Shown: positions 45,830-56,974, numbered from the stretch's first letter. The stretch is 64,000 nt of DNA from Fibrobacterales bacterium (GCA_051532035.1 JAOPTW010000027.1:64001-128000), one strand, 5' to 3'. Notes: generated by a model not told the origin, from the letters alone. Numbers and translations are program-made.

Positions 45830-48800
45830 TTAGTAGGTAAACTTAAGTACATACACACCAGCATCTAAATCCATTGGAATAGAGACTGACGATGCATCAA
45901 CATTTAATTTGGAAACCAGCTCTCCACGGAGGGTAAAAATAGAGCACTCTTCTACATCATTTGGAATCGAAAGCTCAGTTAATGCACCTGCTGAATTATT
46001 TACAATAACCATTTTTCTCTGATCATCTATTAACGCATTACCATAGGTAATAGGTGAAATTGAGTCTACAGGATTGGGCAATGCAATAAGCGTCGTATCG
46101 CCCCGCTCTGGTTGTGGGACCGTTACAGGCACATCTATTTGTGTAGAGCTCACTTCACTACCACTCTGCGCTGAAGAAAGTAACATAGAGTTATCAACCA
46201 CATGTACCACTAATGTATCTGTTTTAGACACTGCTAATCCATCGGTAACCTGAATTGGAATGGCAAGGCGCCCTGTAAAGCCATCCTGAGCAATAACGTT
46301 GGTACCATACGCTGTAAAATAGTCACTAAACCCTATAAGTATTGAAAGGACATCGCCATCAACATCAACTGCCTTAATCAAAGTGTCTGCAACGGCTATC
46401 GTTGTATTTGGCCCAATAGAAAGAGGTACTATAGATTCAATATACGGTGCATCATTCACCGGCATAACATCAACAGATAACAGAACACTTTGAGACGTGT
46501 CAATGCCATCGGTAGCTGAGACTGGCACTTGTAGTGCACCATTAAAATTACTTTCAGGAGTGACAGTTAATCCACTTACCGTGTAATGTTCACCGTGCCC
46601 TACTAGTATGTTAAGGTTTTCGTTATCTACATCAAGTAGGGTTACCATATCGTTAGTGAATACAATTGGTGTATCTTCATTAATTTTCTGAGACTTTGGT
46701 AGTAGCACTTGGGGGACATCATTTACTGGAGTTACCATGATGGTCATAGAAATATTTTTGGTAGTATCTCTACCATTTGTTATCGCTACCGGTACCAATA
46801 GTTCGCCATTAAAGTGTAAGGTTGGTGTAATCACATTACCAACAATTGTATACTCTGATCCACTTCTAATTATAACACTCAAAGGATCATCGACATCCAC
46901 TGCATCTGTCATAGACAGAGTTATTTCTAATGCAGTATCTTCATCAATTTCCTTACCTTCAACCTTTGAGTAGGTAAGAGGGTCATCCACTGCATCTACC
47001 TGTATATGGAGCTGAATGGTATCTGATCTATCAGTACCATCAGATACACAGACAGGAACTGATAAGGCCCCGAAGAAATGTTCATGTGGTAGTATTGAAT
47101 CATTTCTTAAAACATATGATGAATCTGACAGAACAATCAGTGACAGATTTTCACCCTCCACATCTGTAGCATTATACACAATGGTACTGACGTCAACTCC
47201 TACCTCTTCTATTGTAGTTATTGAATCAACCTTGTTGAGCTCTGGCAGGTCATTAACAGAGTTAACAATGAGCTCCATTGGCACATAATTTGTTGTCTCT
47301 GTTCCATCTGTAATTGCTATTTGAAGTTGAATTGTTCCATAAAAATTTTCTACTGGCTCCACAATTGCATCGGTGATCACAACATCTTTATGAGGTACAA
47401 TAATTACCTGTAGAGGGTCATTATCATCATCTTTTGCATCGGTCATGAAGAACGTTAGCTCAATTAAGCCATCTTCATCAATTGTTTGGTTATGGGCGAG
47501 GGATAGCGTCGGTAGGTCGTTTACTGGAGTTACTGTTAATTTAAAATCAACGGGGCCTATGACGTCTGTTCCGTCATCTACACTTATGGGAATGACAAGC
47601 TCACCATTAAAGTTGTGATTGGGAATGATAGTAGTTCCTGAAATTGTGTAGTTATCACCTTCTTCAATTATAAAGGTTAGGTTATCATCATCAACATTGT
47701 GGATGTCAGTTATTTGCTGAGTAATGGTAAAGTCCGTGTCTTCATTAATCGTTTTTGATTGTATAGTCGTGAAGATGGTGGTATCATTAACTGGGTTTAC
47801 CGTTATTATTATGTTTGCTGTATCCGTTAGATGGCCATCTGAAAGTATATACGGAATAGCTTCAGTGCCATTCCAATACTCATTGGAGGTGTAAAAAAGG
47901 GTGTCACTACGAATCTCGAAAATACCGTTATTTATAGAATCTGTTTGAAGTTCGTCAATTGTAAAATAAGTATTTGGGTCATAATCGGTATCATTACTAA
48001 GTAGATCAGATAGCAGGATAATTATATTACCACCTTCATTTATACTATATAGGTCATCGAATGCTCTTGGTGCATAATTCTGATAATCTAAGTAGATCAT
48101 AGAAAAGCTGGTGTTACTCCATATTGTGTCAGAATCTACCACAACACCAGCTCTGTAAAAAACCGTATCTTTTTCATAGGCAGTAGCACCTTCGGGCAAC
48201 ATATACCACCCCGTTGAGTCCGTTGACCCTACTCCAACAATTGAGTCTATCTTTAAGACAGTGGGACGTACTCCATCTTCAATATTCCAGTCGTTTTCTA
48301 ACAGTGTTGAAAGATGCGCTCTAGAGTGAATTTTATATTGATCACTATGTGAAATTGGTGTAGTATAATTAATCCAAAGGGTAGGGTATTGGTCGCGCTC
48401 TCTAATGCGCCATACAGTAAAAAATTCCCATGTCGTCGGATACGTTTGATGTCTCATCATATCACCCTCAGAGATACCTTTATAATTTGTATCATTTGAT
48501 TGGGATGATGTGTCAAGTCTACTCGTATAGATATTCCAATAACTATCAATAACAGAACTTCCACCATAAGGTGAATCATAGCCAATTAATCCTCCCACTT
48601 GTCTATTTCCTCGGACAATACCAGTGCTATAGCACCGTTCAATATGGCCAATATTCCAACCCACCAGTCCTCCAGCATTCGCATCTGAATAGTCTGAAAC
48701 AAGTGTACTCGTTACCATTCCCACACTGTAGGAATCATATATAGAGCCATCAAAGTTTTGTCCTACCAAACCACCAATATCACTAGAACTAGCTTCAATA

Positions 48801-49276
48801 GTACTATTACTATAACACTTAACTATTATACCTCTATTTTCGCCAACAAGTCCCCCCACTCGAGACCCTGCCGTTATTAATCCACCTGTGTAAGAGAGTG
48901 AAATTGTACCCTTGTTATAGCCAACGAGCCCACCAGTGGCTGCCCCTCCATGAATAACTCCTGTTACTCCAAGGTTTTTAATTATTGCATTTGTATCTGT
49001 TACTCCAAAAAAACCGGTATTTTCTGTGTGATAGCCTAAAGTATTATTAATGTATAGCTTATAAATTCTAAATCCATTACCATTGAAGCTTCCACTAAAA
49101 GGATGCGCCAAATTTCCAATGGGAGGGAGGCCTGCCCCACTTGGCTCTAATCTTGATGCTGAAGCATTTATATTATTAGTAAGTTTATAATTTGCACTCA
49201 GAGGCATTGTCCAATGAGTACCAATTTTTTTCAGCTGTTCATAAGTACTAATCTCAATGGTATCATAGGGTATCAT
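45830..49276 (-). CDS. 3' part of a split GLUG/cadherin-like adhesin with a T9SS-like tail
   Basis: GGLVGxN GLUG repeats; VTPVND/VNDxP tandem-95 repeats; C-terminal SIFTLRGELV...GVYVLKF; no signal peptide. Confidence 0.8.
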   Translation of the reverse strand: MIPYDTIEISTYEQLKKIGTHWTMPLSANYKLTNNINASASRLEPSGAGLPPIGNLAHPFSGSFNGNGFRIYKLYINNTLGYHTENTGFFGVTDTNAIIKNLGVTGVIHGGAATGGLVGYNKGTISLSYTGGLITAGSRVGGLVGENRGIIVKCYSNSTIEASSSDIGGLVGQNFDGSIYDSYSVGMVTSTLVSDYSDANAGGLVGWNIGHIERCYSTGIVRGNRQVGGLIGYDSPYGGSSVIDSYWNIYTSRLDTSSQSNDTNYKGISEGDMMRHQTYPTTWEFFTVWRIRERDQYPTLWINYTTPISHSDQYKIHSRAHLSTLLENDWNIEDGVRPTVLKIDSIVGVGSTDSTGWYMLPEGATAYEKDTVFYRAGVVVDSDTIWSNTSFSMIYLDYQNYAPRAFDDLYSINEGGNIIILLSDLLSNDTDYDPNTYFTIDELQTDSINNGIFEIRSDTLFYTSNEYWNGTEAIPYILSDGHLTDTANIIITVNPVNDTTIFTTIQSKTINEDTDFTITQQITDIHNVDDDNLTFIIEEGDNYTISGTTIIPNHNFNGELVIPISVDDGTDVIGPVDFKLTVTPVNDLPTLSLAHNQTIDEDGLIELTFFMTDAKDDDNDPLQVIIVPHKDVVITDAIVEPVENFYGTIQLQIAITDGTETTNYVPMELIVNSVNDLPELNKVDSITTIEEVGVDVSTIVYNATDVEGENLSLIVLSDSSYVLRNDSILPHEHFFGALSVPVCVSDGTDRSDTIQLHIQVDAVDDPLTYSKVEGKEIDEDTALEITLSMTDAVDVDDPLSVIIRSGSEYTIVGNVITPTLHFNGELLVPVAITNGRDTTKNISMTIMVTPVNDVPQVLLPKSQKINEDTPIVFTNDMVTLLDVDNENLNILVGHGEHYTVSGLTVTPESNFNGALQVPVSATDGIDTSQSVLLSVDVMPVNDAPYIESIVPLSIGPNTTIAVADTLIKAVDVDGDVLSILIGFSDYFTAYGTNVIAQDGFTGRLAIPIQVTDGLAVSKTDTLVVHVVDNSMLLSSAQSGSEVSSTQIDVPVTVPQPERGDTTLIALPNPVDSISPITYGNALIDDQRKMVIVNNSAGALTELSIPNDVEECSIFTLRGELVSKLNVDASSVSIPMDLDAGVYVLKFTY

Positions 49277-49287
49277 AGGGTATCATA
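49259..49287. repeat. 10-bp tandem repeat (ggtatcatag x2.9) at the frameshift point
   Basis: ggtatcatag ggtatcatag ggtatcata. Confidence 0.95.
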
Positions 49288-51572
49288 ATGTACGTGGGAC
49301 TCCCCCAAAGGGTATCATTTAATGACAACTTAACACCAGGTCTATAAAAGAGCAATAATGAATCTTTTGATTCATTCATTTTCGACTCTTGCAAAAACTG
49401 GGCTAACTCAATAGTATCACCTTGTACATATATATCATTAGTAACAAAAAACAATAGGTTTGTAGTATCAGGTAATGTCTCTGACACATCAGGGACCCCT
49501 ATAGGCCCTTGTACTGTTTCTTGCAAATATGGATGCGTTACTCCTTCCTGAATGCACCATGTGGCATCAAAATCAAAATTTGCAAATGAATCTCGAGTAG
49601 TAAACTCTATTGAATTCAAGCCTTGAATTTCTGTCTTGTTTCGTATACTCCCATAATGCCAGGTATTTTGACTATTCCAATAATTTGATGAATTTTTATA
49701 TTCATAATCAGAACCAGTATAAATTGGAGGCATCTCTTCAAATAGCTTTATAGCATACCCACTAAACACATTTTCTGAAAGAAAACTGAAATATGTAACC
49801 CCCACCAAGCCACCACCATTTACTACACCCGCACTTACATTATTAAACCAAATACCATTACCCGCACCAATTCCTCCAACCCAATCTTGGCCAGAAACTA
49901 CAGCACTACTATATGACTTTATAACGATTCCACCAGTACTTATTATACCCCCAACATAACTTTCATCAACATGTATTCGTCCTGTTACAGAAGCTTTTAT
50001 AATCGTACCGTAACCAGCGCCAGCTATAATCCCTGCTCTTTCTTTTGCTGTGATATTAGCACTAATCCCTACACCATATATTGTTGCAGCCGTATCAATA
50101 AACGAAAACAACCCAACATAAGATTCCTCTGGCCTATTTATGTACAGGTTTTTTATTCTAAATCCATTTCCTATAAAAGTTCCCACAAATGGATTTAGAT
50201 AAGATCCAATTGGTTCAAAGCCCATATTTGATTCATCTAAATATGATTCCGATGCATCAACATCATTTACTAATTTATAAATTCCATTTAATGGGTAACC
50301 CTGCATTCGACCTATTCTATTCAATTCATTATAATTAGAGATTGGAATATATTGAATTGGCTCCGCGATATACGTATAACTACCCCATAGCGTATCACCA
50401 GATGATAAAAGCTCGCCTGGTGTATAGTAATAATAAAGCGTATCCAGAATTGTGTCTTTACCCAAATATTTAGCAGCATAGATATTACCCGATTCATGAT
50501 CAAAATCATTTTCGAGGTACCCATTTAAACTTAGAGTATCTACAACTCCAGTTGCTAAATCACTAATACCTATTGGTGGATTATTCATACTTATAAGCCC
50601 AGGATATGACAATCCATCCTCTATTATCCAAGTAGATCCCCAACTCCAATTAATATACGTTACTTCACTCTTCATTAGACTAGTTGGTAATCCTTTCAAA
50701 TCAGGCCGATGTACACCTGCCACATATATATGCTTTGACTTCTGATTATCCCAATAACAATTTGAAAAAAGAGTATCAGACCTCTCCAAAGATGTTGATA
50801 ATTTTCCTGAGCTATAACGATCATTACTTCTACTGGAACCATCGATTACTTGACCTGACCCAAAACTATAACTAACACTTGAAATCGGCCCTTCAACATT
50901 AGAATTATACCATAAAGAACCTATTAAACTCCCCCCTTGGGATCCAAATACATCTACAAAAGAATATGTGTTTTCAATTTCTGTATTCTCACCATAACCA
51001 ACCAAACCACCAGAAGAATTACCTTTGATATTACCAGTAGTGAAGCTTTTTTTAATAACCGTCCCAATCGAACTACCAATCAAACCACCTGATCCCGATG
51101 CATTAATATCAACTTGGGCAAAACAATTAACCACTAAACTTCCATTAGACTCACCAGCTATTCCACCAACTTTATAATCCCCTGTAGCATTAACAAACAC
51201 TCCGAAATTTATAACTTTGCTTCCTTCTGTTAAAAGACTAAACACACCTAAATTTGATGCATTAGGTCTATTAATAAATAATTTCTGTACATAGAAACCA
51301 TTTCCATCCAGTGACCCTGAAAATCCTGCTGTACCCAAACCAATGGGTTCAAATCCTAAGTCATTATTATCTGTTCGAGACATTGAGGCATCAATAACAT
51401 TTTTTAATCTATAATGAGCGGAAAGGTTATTATTCACCCTCTTCAAATCTTCATAGTCCTCAATCAAATATGGATCCCCCAAAGTCCCAGATCCACTCAA
51501 AACCCCACCAACAGCAAACAGATTCACCGATAAGAAGCAAAAAAAGAGAAAAGAAGTAATGATTTGTTTCAT
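49263..51572 (-). CDS. 5' part of a split GLUG-domain adhesin
   Basis: Signal peptide; GSGT..DPYLI, F.G..DGNG, GGLVG repeats; ends IMIPYDTL* inside the 10-bp repeat. Confidence 0.8.
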   Translation of the reverse strand: MKQIITSFLFFCFLSVNLFAVGGVLSGSGTLGDPYLIEDYEDLKRVNNNLSAHYRLKNVIDASMSRTDNNDLGFEPIGLGTAGFSGSLDGNGFYVQKLFINRPNASNLGVFSLLTEGSKVINFGVFVNATGDYKVGGIAGESNGSLVVNCFAQVDINASGSGGLIGSSIGTVIKKSFTTGNIKGNSSGGLVGYGENTEIENTYSFVDVFGSQGGSLIGSLWYNSNVEGPISSVSYSFGSGQVIDGSSRSNDRYSSGKLSTSLERSDTLFSNCYWDNQKSKHIYVAGVHRPDLKGLPTSLMKSEVTYINWSWGSTWIIEDGLSYPGLISMNNPPIGISDLATGVVDTLSLNGYLENDFDHESGNIYAAKYLGKDTILDTLYYYYTPGELLSSGDTLWGSYTYIAEPIQYIPISNYNELNRIGRMQGYPLNGIYKLVNDVDASESYLDESNMGFEPIGSYLNPFVGTFIGNGFRIKNLYINRPEESYVGLFSFIDTAATIYGVGISANITAKERAGIIAGAGYGTIIKASVTGRIHVDESYVGGIISTGGIVIKSYSSAVVSGQDWVGGIGAGNGIWFNNVSAGVVNGGGLVGVTYFSFLSENVFSGYAIKLFEEMPPIYTGSDYEYKNSSNYWNSQNTWHYGSIRNKTEIQGLNSIEFTTRDSFANFDFDATWCIQEGVTHPYLQETVQGPIGVPDVSETLPDTTNLLFFVTNDIYVQGDTIELAQFLQESKMNESKDSLLLFYRPGVKLSLNDTLWGSPTYIMIPYDTL

Positions 51573-51955
51573 AGAAACCTCACAATAAATACGCAAAGCA
51601 TAAAAGCTTTACAAAGAATATATCCCCAGACTGAGCAATAATAGAAAGCACCCTGCAAGTGAGGCAAATGTTAACTCCAATTTACATTCAGGCCAAAAGA
51701 ATGTGACCAGCAACACATTTTATGTATAGTGCCTGCAAGACACTTGTTGATGAGCTAATCCCCTAATAAGCCTTCACTCTACAGCGATTCCACCCCAGAT
51801 AACGTATCTTTAACACATAGCCCCCCCCACTCTAATCTATTGTCGTTCAGTTATTTGTAAAACTTTACATTCGGCCGTCCTCAAATCCATTTTTGTGATT
51901 AAATTTAAAGATGGTCGCATAAAGTGACTCTACTGGGGCAAATCGAAGGGCATAC

Positions 51956-54900
51956 ATGATAAATAGCACTGTTGGGCAACTGCTTTTGTTTTCTACGTTT
52001 TTACATAAAAGTGTAATTTCTACAATTATAATCCTTTTAGCACTCTCGGGTATAGTGCTTGCAGATCAGGTTAAGGATACCAAGTTTGCGGTAGGGCGCG
52101 GGTTTTATGATGCGCCTTTTGAAGAGATCATTACTACTAATACCACAGGTGCAGAGATCATATATACTCTCGATGGAAGTGATCCCAAAACTTCTAATAG
52201 TGCAATTGAGACTGGTAGCGATACGGTTTCCATTACTATAGACCCTAATAGCACAGCACATGGTAGGCCATTAACACCTGGGGTGACTTTACGGGCATAT
52301 GCAAAAGACCCCACAGGTCAATTGGAAGTAACTGATGTTGATGTTCAAACGTATTTATTTTTAAGTTCAGTAGTAGAACAACAAACTAACTGGGTTCAAA
52401 GTTGGCCAAGAGGAAATAGAGAAGGTCAGCATTACAGCTTTTCTATGGACCCTGATGTTATCAGTGCAGCGGGTGGTGAGCAAAATTTAGTTGAAGCTCT
52501 TAGCAATATTCCTTCTATATCGCTTGTTTTAGATATAGATGATATGTTTGGCCACGATAATGGAATTTATAGTAATGCCATGCAGCATCACAATACAAAT
52601 GATTCACATGATAAGGGCTATTTTTTCAACAATAATACTGGACATTGGGAAAACTCTGGTGACTGGGAACGCTACACATCAATGGAATTATTAAATCCAC
52701 TTTCTGATGAAGAGTTTCAAGTTCATGCAGGTATCCGTGTACGTGGAGGTTGGAGTAGAAGAGGTTCAAATCCCAAACATGCCTTCCGCCTTTTCTTCAA
52801 GTCTGAATATGGAGACAGCAAACTGAATTACCCACTTTTCGGTGATGAAGGCGCTTCAAAATTCGATAAAATAGATTTCCGTACCGCCCAAAACTATTCT
52901 TGGACTTTTCATGGTGGTAATGGCGATACAGGTTGGAACAACACATTTTTAAGAGAAGTTTTAAATAGAGACTTCCAAGGAGATATGGGCCAATTATATA
53001 CTAAAAGCCGCTACTATCACTTATATATCAATGGGATGTATTGGGGCCTCTACATGTCTCAAGAGAGAGCTCAAGGAGATTTTGCCGCATCCTATTTGGG
53101 AGGCGAAGATGATGACTATGATGTCATTAAATCAACAGGTGAATCGGGTCATTATACTGTACACGCTAGTGCTGGTGATCGAAAACTATATAACACACTC
53201 TTTAATCAAAATAGTTATTCATCATTGGCAACATACTACAAATTATTGGGGTTGAACCCCGATCGCACAAATAATCCCTCATATAAAAAAGTCCTAGATC
53301 CTGAAAATATCATCGATTATATACTTACGGTTTACTATTCAGGTGATTTTGATGGGCCTATATCAGATTTCCAATCGAATTCAAGAATCAACAATCTGTA
53401 TGCATTAATCAACAAAGAAAATCCAGATGGTTTTAAATTTCTCCGCCATGATGGAGAAAATACATTTATTAGACATAGTTACCGGAACGATGGTAGAAAC
53501 AGTGATAATAGAATGAATCTCGGTATAATTAACGACTCCCTATATCAAAACCCACAATCTCTACACCAAATGTTAATGCAAAATTTAGAATACAAAACAC
53601 TTTTTGCTGATAGAGTCAATAAACACCTACGAAACAATGGAACACTCACCACTTCACGCGTCATAAGTTTGTTAAATAACCGCCGATCAGTTGTATCAAA
53701 TGTAATATGGGCAGAGTCCCAGCGCTGGGGAGACGTAAATAGTGATAGAGAACATAACCCTTATCTAAAACAAGATTGGTTTAATGCAGCAGAAAGACTC
53801 AGCTCATATATTAGGGATTTTTCAAACGGCCGCAGTAGAACAACTTACATTCTAGAAAAACTCTCTGATGCATGTTGGATCAATAGAACTCCACCCCCTT
53901 CTATTTACATAAATAATCAACTATTTAATTCTGGATATGTAGATGCTTCAACAGTAACATCTATTCGCATAGAAAATGAAGACGCCGATGACGAAGGTTC
54001 AATTGTGTATACTCTTGACGGATCTGACCCTAGAATAATTGGTGGCGACACACTACCTTCTGCATCTATCGTCTGGCCTGCAGACATCGTACATCTTGAA
54101 GACTCAATTCCAATGCAACAATTACCTTCAACATTAAAAGCAAGAGTTGTAAATTCAAACCAAAGAAACTGCCCGTTAGGCAATGGAAATCTAAAGAGTG
54201 CTGCCCAAACATGGACAGCCCTTCAGGAAATCCACTTCCTCAACCCCACCCCAAGTGGTGCCCTCGCAATAAACGAAATCCACTACAACCCATTCGATTC
54301 AGTTGTCGCAGCAAACGACACCACAGACGAAACTGACTTCCAATTCATAGAACTCAAAAACACCACAGCCGAACCCCTCAACATGACCGGTGTGAAATTC
54401 ACTCAAGGGGTCTTCTATGACTTCCCTGACAACACCATTATAGCCCCTAACGGACTTTATGTAATCGCAACCTCCATCCCCGACTTCGAATCACGCTATG
54501 GATTTAAACCCCATGGCTGGATGAAAGGCGAGCTCAGCAAAAGCGGTGAACCTCTGGTAATAAAAGATTGGCTCGGCACTATTATCGACTCTGTAAGCTA
54601 CCTCGATGACTCACCTTGGAATGCAGAAGCAGACGGCGAAGGACTCTCACTCATCCGCCTTGAGCCAACAACAGGCTCTAATGACCCAACAAATTGGACA
54701 GCTTCAAAACTCTTTAATGGCTCACCTAATGAAGAAAATAGTACTACCGTAGCACCATCACCCCTACAGGACTTTAAACTCTCAGAGATCCACTACCACC
54801 CTTTAGACTCGATTCTAATCGATGATGATGAATATGAATTTCTTGAATTTTACAACACCAGTGATCAAGAGCTCAGCCTCAAAGACCTCCGGTTTACTTC

Positions 54901-56974
54901 TGGGGTTAACTACTGGTTTCCTGACATAACCATCAAACCTGACAGTTTTTATGTGATCGCCTCCAACGCTACTGAATTTAATGCTCGATACGGCTTTGCT
55001 CCTCATGCCGAGTACACCAAAGGACTCAGTAATAGCGGCGAATCTATAACCCTTCGTGATGGACTCGGAAATTTAATTAGTCGTGTACACTACACCGATT
55101 CACTCCCCTGGTCACCTCTTGCTGACGGCGATGGTAATTCACTTGAAATTAAAGTTATGGCCGACACAACCAACACAGCCTTTCATGGAAACTGGGGGCC
55201 CTCTATTCAAATTCACGGTACTCCTGGCGCATTACCAGAGCCACCTGCACCACCTTCATATACTCTGATCTACAAGCCTGGGATTAAAAATATTTTTGGC
55301 TCACTCGTCGTCTTATCCGACACTACTGAAGACGAAGTTACCATGACCCTCGAAGAGGGACTTATTGCTGACACGGTCTTAGTGTTACCCCACTATGGCT
55401 ACTCCTTTGACGGATGGACAGGTGGATCCATGCAAAACCCTCGAGTCGATACTGCCACAGAAAATTTCACCGTTGTGGCAAAGTTTCTCCCTCTTCAAAT
55501 GCAGGTTAACTATAACGCACTTACTGGTGGTACCATTACCGGAACAGCACTACAAACTATTCCATACCTTACCACAACAACAGCAGTTACTGCAATTGCC
55601 GACCCCCACTATACGTTTGCGCAATGGTCTGATGGTTTAACTACAGCCACACGAAGTGATACTGCATTGGCTATGGACACTACCATAACGGCCGAGTTTA
55701 CTCTCAACCTCTATACCGTTTCCATCAACTCTAGTGGTAATGGGACAGTTTTGCCAACTAAAGATACAACTATGGTGAGTGGTTCACCTCTTGCCCTCAC
55801 CGCAACGCCAAACACTCACTATCACTTTACTCATTGGGACGTTTCTGAGGGCCTTACGGTTACTCAAACAGAGCTCCCCGCAACGAGCCTCAATCCAGTA
55901 CTCAGTTCAGGCACTATCACCGGACATTTTGCCGCCGATACCTACACCGTGAGTTATGCAACACAAGAGTCAAAAGGGACTATCAGTGGGGCCCCACAGC
56001 AGACTATTACCGCCTTTGAAAGAACGAGTGCAGTTACTGCAACACCTGCCACCGGCTTTCACTTTGTATCCTGGTCTGATGAAACAATTGCAAATCCACG
56101 TTCAGATAGTGCCCTCTATAAAGACACCACAATATCAGCAAACTTTGTAAGAAACAATTACACCTTAACCATCATTCGCGGTAGCTTTGATACGATCGTA
56201 CAAACGGTCCCGCATGGCTCTGGCCTCAGAATGTCTACAAGCTCATCGCCACAGTACATATTCTCTGGATGGACCGCAACAAAAGGTATCACGCTATCTG
56301 ACCCTGATTCAATGCTTGTAAACCTTACAAACATTACAGAGTCAGCAACAGTAACAGCCCACTATACTACTCCGATGTTCCATGTGAACTACAGTGCGTC
56401 ACCTGGTGGTTCGGTTACTGGCGAGCAAAATCAGTTGGTTAATTATGGTTCAAGTGTCTCTTCTGTCGAGGCACTGCCCGACCCTGGCTATATCTTTACT
56501 GGATGGTCTGACGGCCTTACCGACAACCCAAGGACTGATGTTAATATTAGTCAAGTACTCAACATTAGTGCGCTATTCGAGCTCGCTCCTGCCGTCGATC
56601 CAGGGGTTCAAGACCCGACACAACCGGATGATACTGTAGGAGGCCAACTCGGAGATACACTTTCAACTCCTGTCTACGAATTTGGAGCACTGAAGCCTCT
56701 GAGCCTCACCCTTCAAAAACTCTACGACAGTCGCACCCTCATTACTCTGGGTGGGGATAACATTGAAGGAGCTGAGCTTCAAGTATTTACTATAAACGGT
56801 ACTATGATAGCAACCCTTTCAACAGAACATGATTTTTATGTATTAGACAACAGTAGCCTCTCCTATGAGCTCCCCACAGATGCATTTGCCCCTGGTCTTT
56901 ACATCGTTTCTGCTCATACCATAATGGGAGATGGGTCTCAAAAATTTATTTCTAGGCAGCTCCGCATTGATTAA
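51956..56974 (+). CDS. Secreted CotH kinase with FN3/chitobiase-like, two lamin-tail domains, InlB-B repeats and a T9SS-like tail
   Basis: IYTLDGSDP; GIRVRGGWSR..PKHAFRL; LYINGMYWGLY; INEIHYNP/LSEIHYHP LTD starts; GYxFxGWSD repeats; QVFTINGTMI...GLYIV. Confidence 0.88.
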   Translation: MINSTVGQLLLFSTFLHKSVISTIIILLALSGIVLADQVKDTKFAVGRGFYDAPFEEIITTNTTGAEIIYTLDGSDPKTSNSAIETGSDTVSITIDPNSTAHGRPLTPGVTLRAYAKDPTGQLEVTDVDVQTYLFLSSVVEQQTNWVQSWPRGNREGQHYSFSMDPDVISAAGGEQNLVEALSNIPSISLVLDIDDMFGHDNGIYSNAMQHHNTNDSHDKGYFFNNNTGHWENSGDWERYTSMELLNPLSDEEFQVHAGIRVRGGWSRRGSNPKHAFRLFFKSEYGDSKLNYPLFGDEGASKFDKIDFRTAQNYSWTFHGGNGDTGWNNTFLREVLNRDFQGDMGQLYTKSRYYHLYINGMYWGLYMSQERAQGDFAASYLGGEDDDYDVIKSTGESGHYTVHASAGDRKLYNTLFNQNSYSSLATYYKLLGLNPDRTNNPSYKKVLDPENIIDYILTVYYSGDFDGPISDFQSNSRINNLYALINKENPDGFKFLRHDGENTFIRHSYRNDGRNSDNRMNLGIINDSLYQNPQSLHQMLMQNLEYKTLFADRVNKHLRNNGTLTTSRVISLLNNRRSVVSNVIWAESQRWGDVNSDREHNPYLKQDWFNAAERLSSYIRDFSNGRSRTTYILEKLSDACWINRTPPPSIYINNQLFNSGYVDASTVTSIRIENEDADDEGSIVYTLDGSDPRIIGGDTLPSASIVWPADIVHLEDSIPMQQLPSTLKARVVNSNQRNCPLGNGNLKSAAQTWTALQEIHFLNPTPSGALAINEIHYNPFDSVVAANDTTDETDFQFIELKNTTAEPLNMTGVKFTQGVFYDFPDNTIIAPNGLYVIATSIPDFESRYGFKPHGWMKGELSKSGEPLVIKDWLGTIIDSVSYLDDSPWNAEADGEGLSLIRLEPTTGSNDPTNWTASKLFNGSPNEENSTTVAPSPLQDFKLSEIHYHPLDSILIDDDEYEFLEFYNTSDQELSLKDLRFTSGVNYWFPDITIKPDSFYVIASNATEFNARYGFAPHAEYTKGLSNSGESITLRDGLGNLISRVHYTDSLPWSPLADGDGNSLEIKVMADTTNTAFHGNWGPSIQIHGTPGALPEPPAPPSYTLIYKPGIKNIFGSLVVLSDTTEDEVTMTLEEGLIADTVLVLPHYGYSFDGWTGGSMQNPRVDTATENFTVVAKFLPLQMQVNYNALTGGTITGTALQTIPYLTTTTAVTAIADPHYTFAQWSDGLTTATRSDTALAMDTTITAEFTLNLYTVSINSSGNGTVLPTKDTTMVSGSPLALTATPNTHYHFTHWDVSEGLTVTQTELPATSLNPVLSSGTITGHFAADTYTVSYATQESKGTISGAPQQTITAFERTSAVTATPATGFHFVSWSDETIANPRSDSALYKDTTISANFVRNNYTLTIIRGSFDTIVQTVPHGSGLRMSTSSSPQYIFSGWTATKGITLSDPDSMLVNLTNITESATVTAHYTTPMFHVNYSASPGGSVTGEQNQLVNYGSSVSSVEALPDPGYIFTGWSDGLTDNPRTDVNISQVLNISALFELAPAVDPGVQDPTQPDDTVGGQLGDTLSTPVYEFGALKPLSLTLQKLYDSRTLITLGGDNIEGAELQVFTINGTMIATLSTEHDFYVLDNSSLSYELPTDAFAPGLYIVSAHTIMGDGSQKFISRQLRID

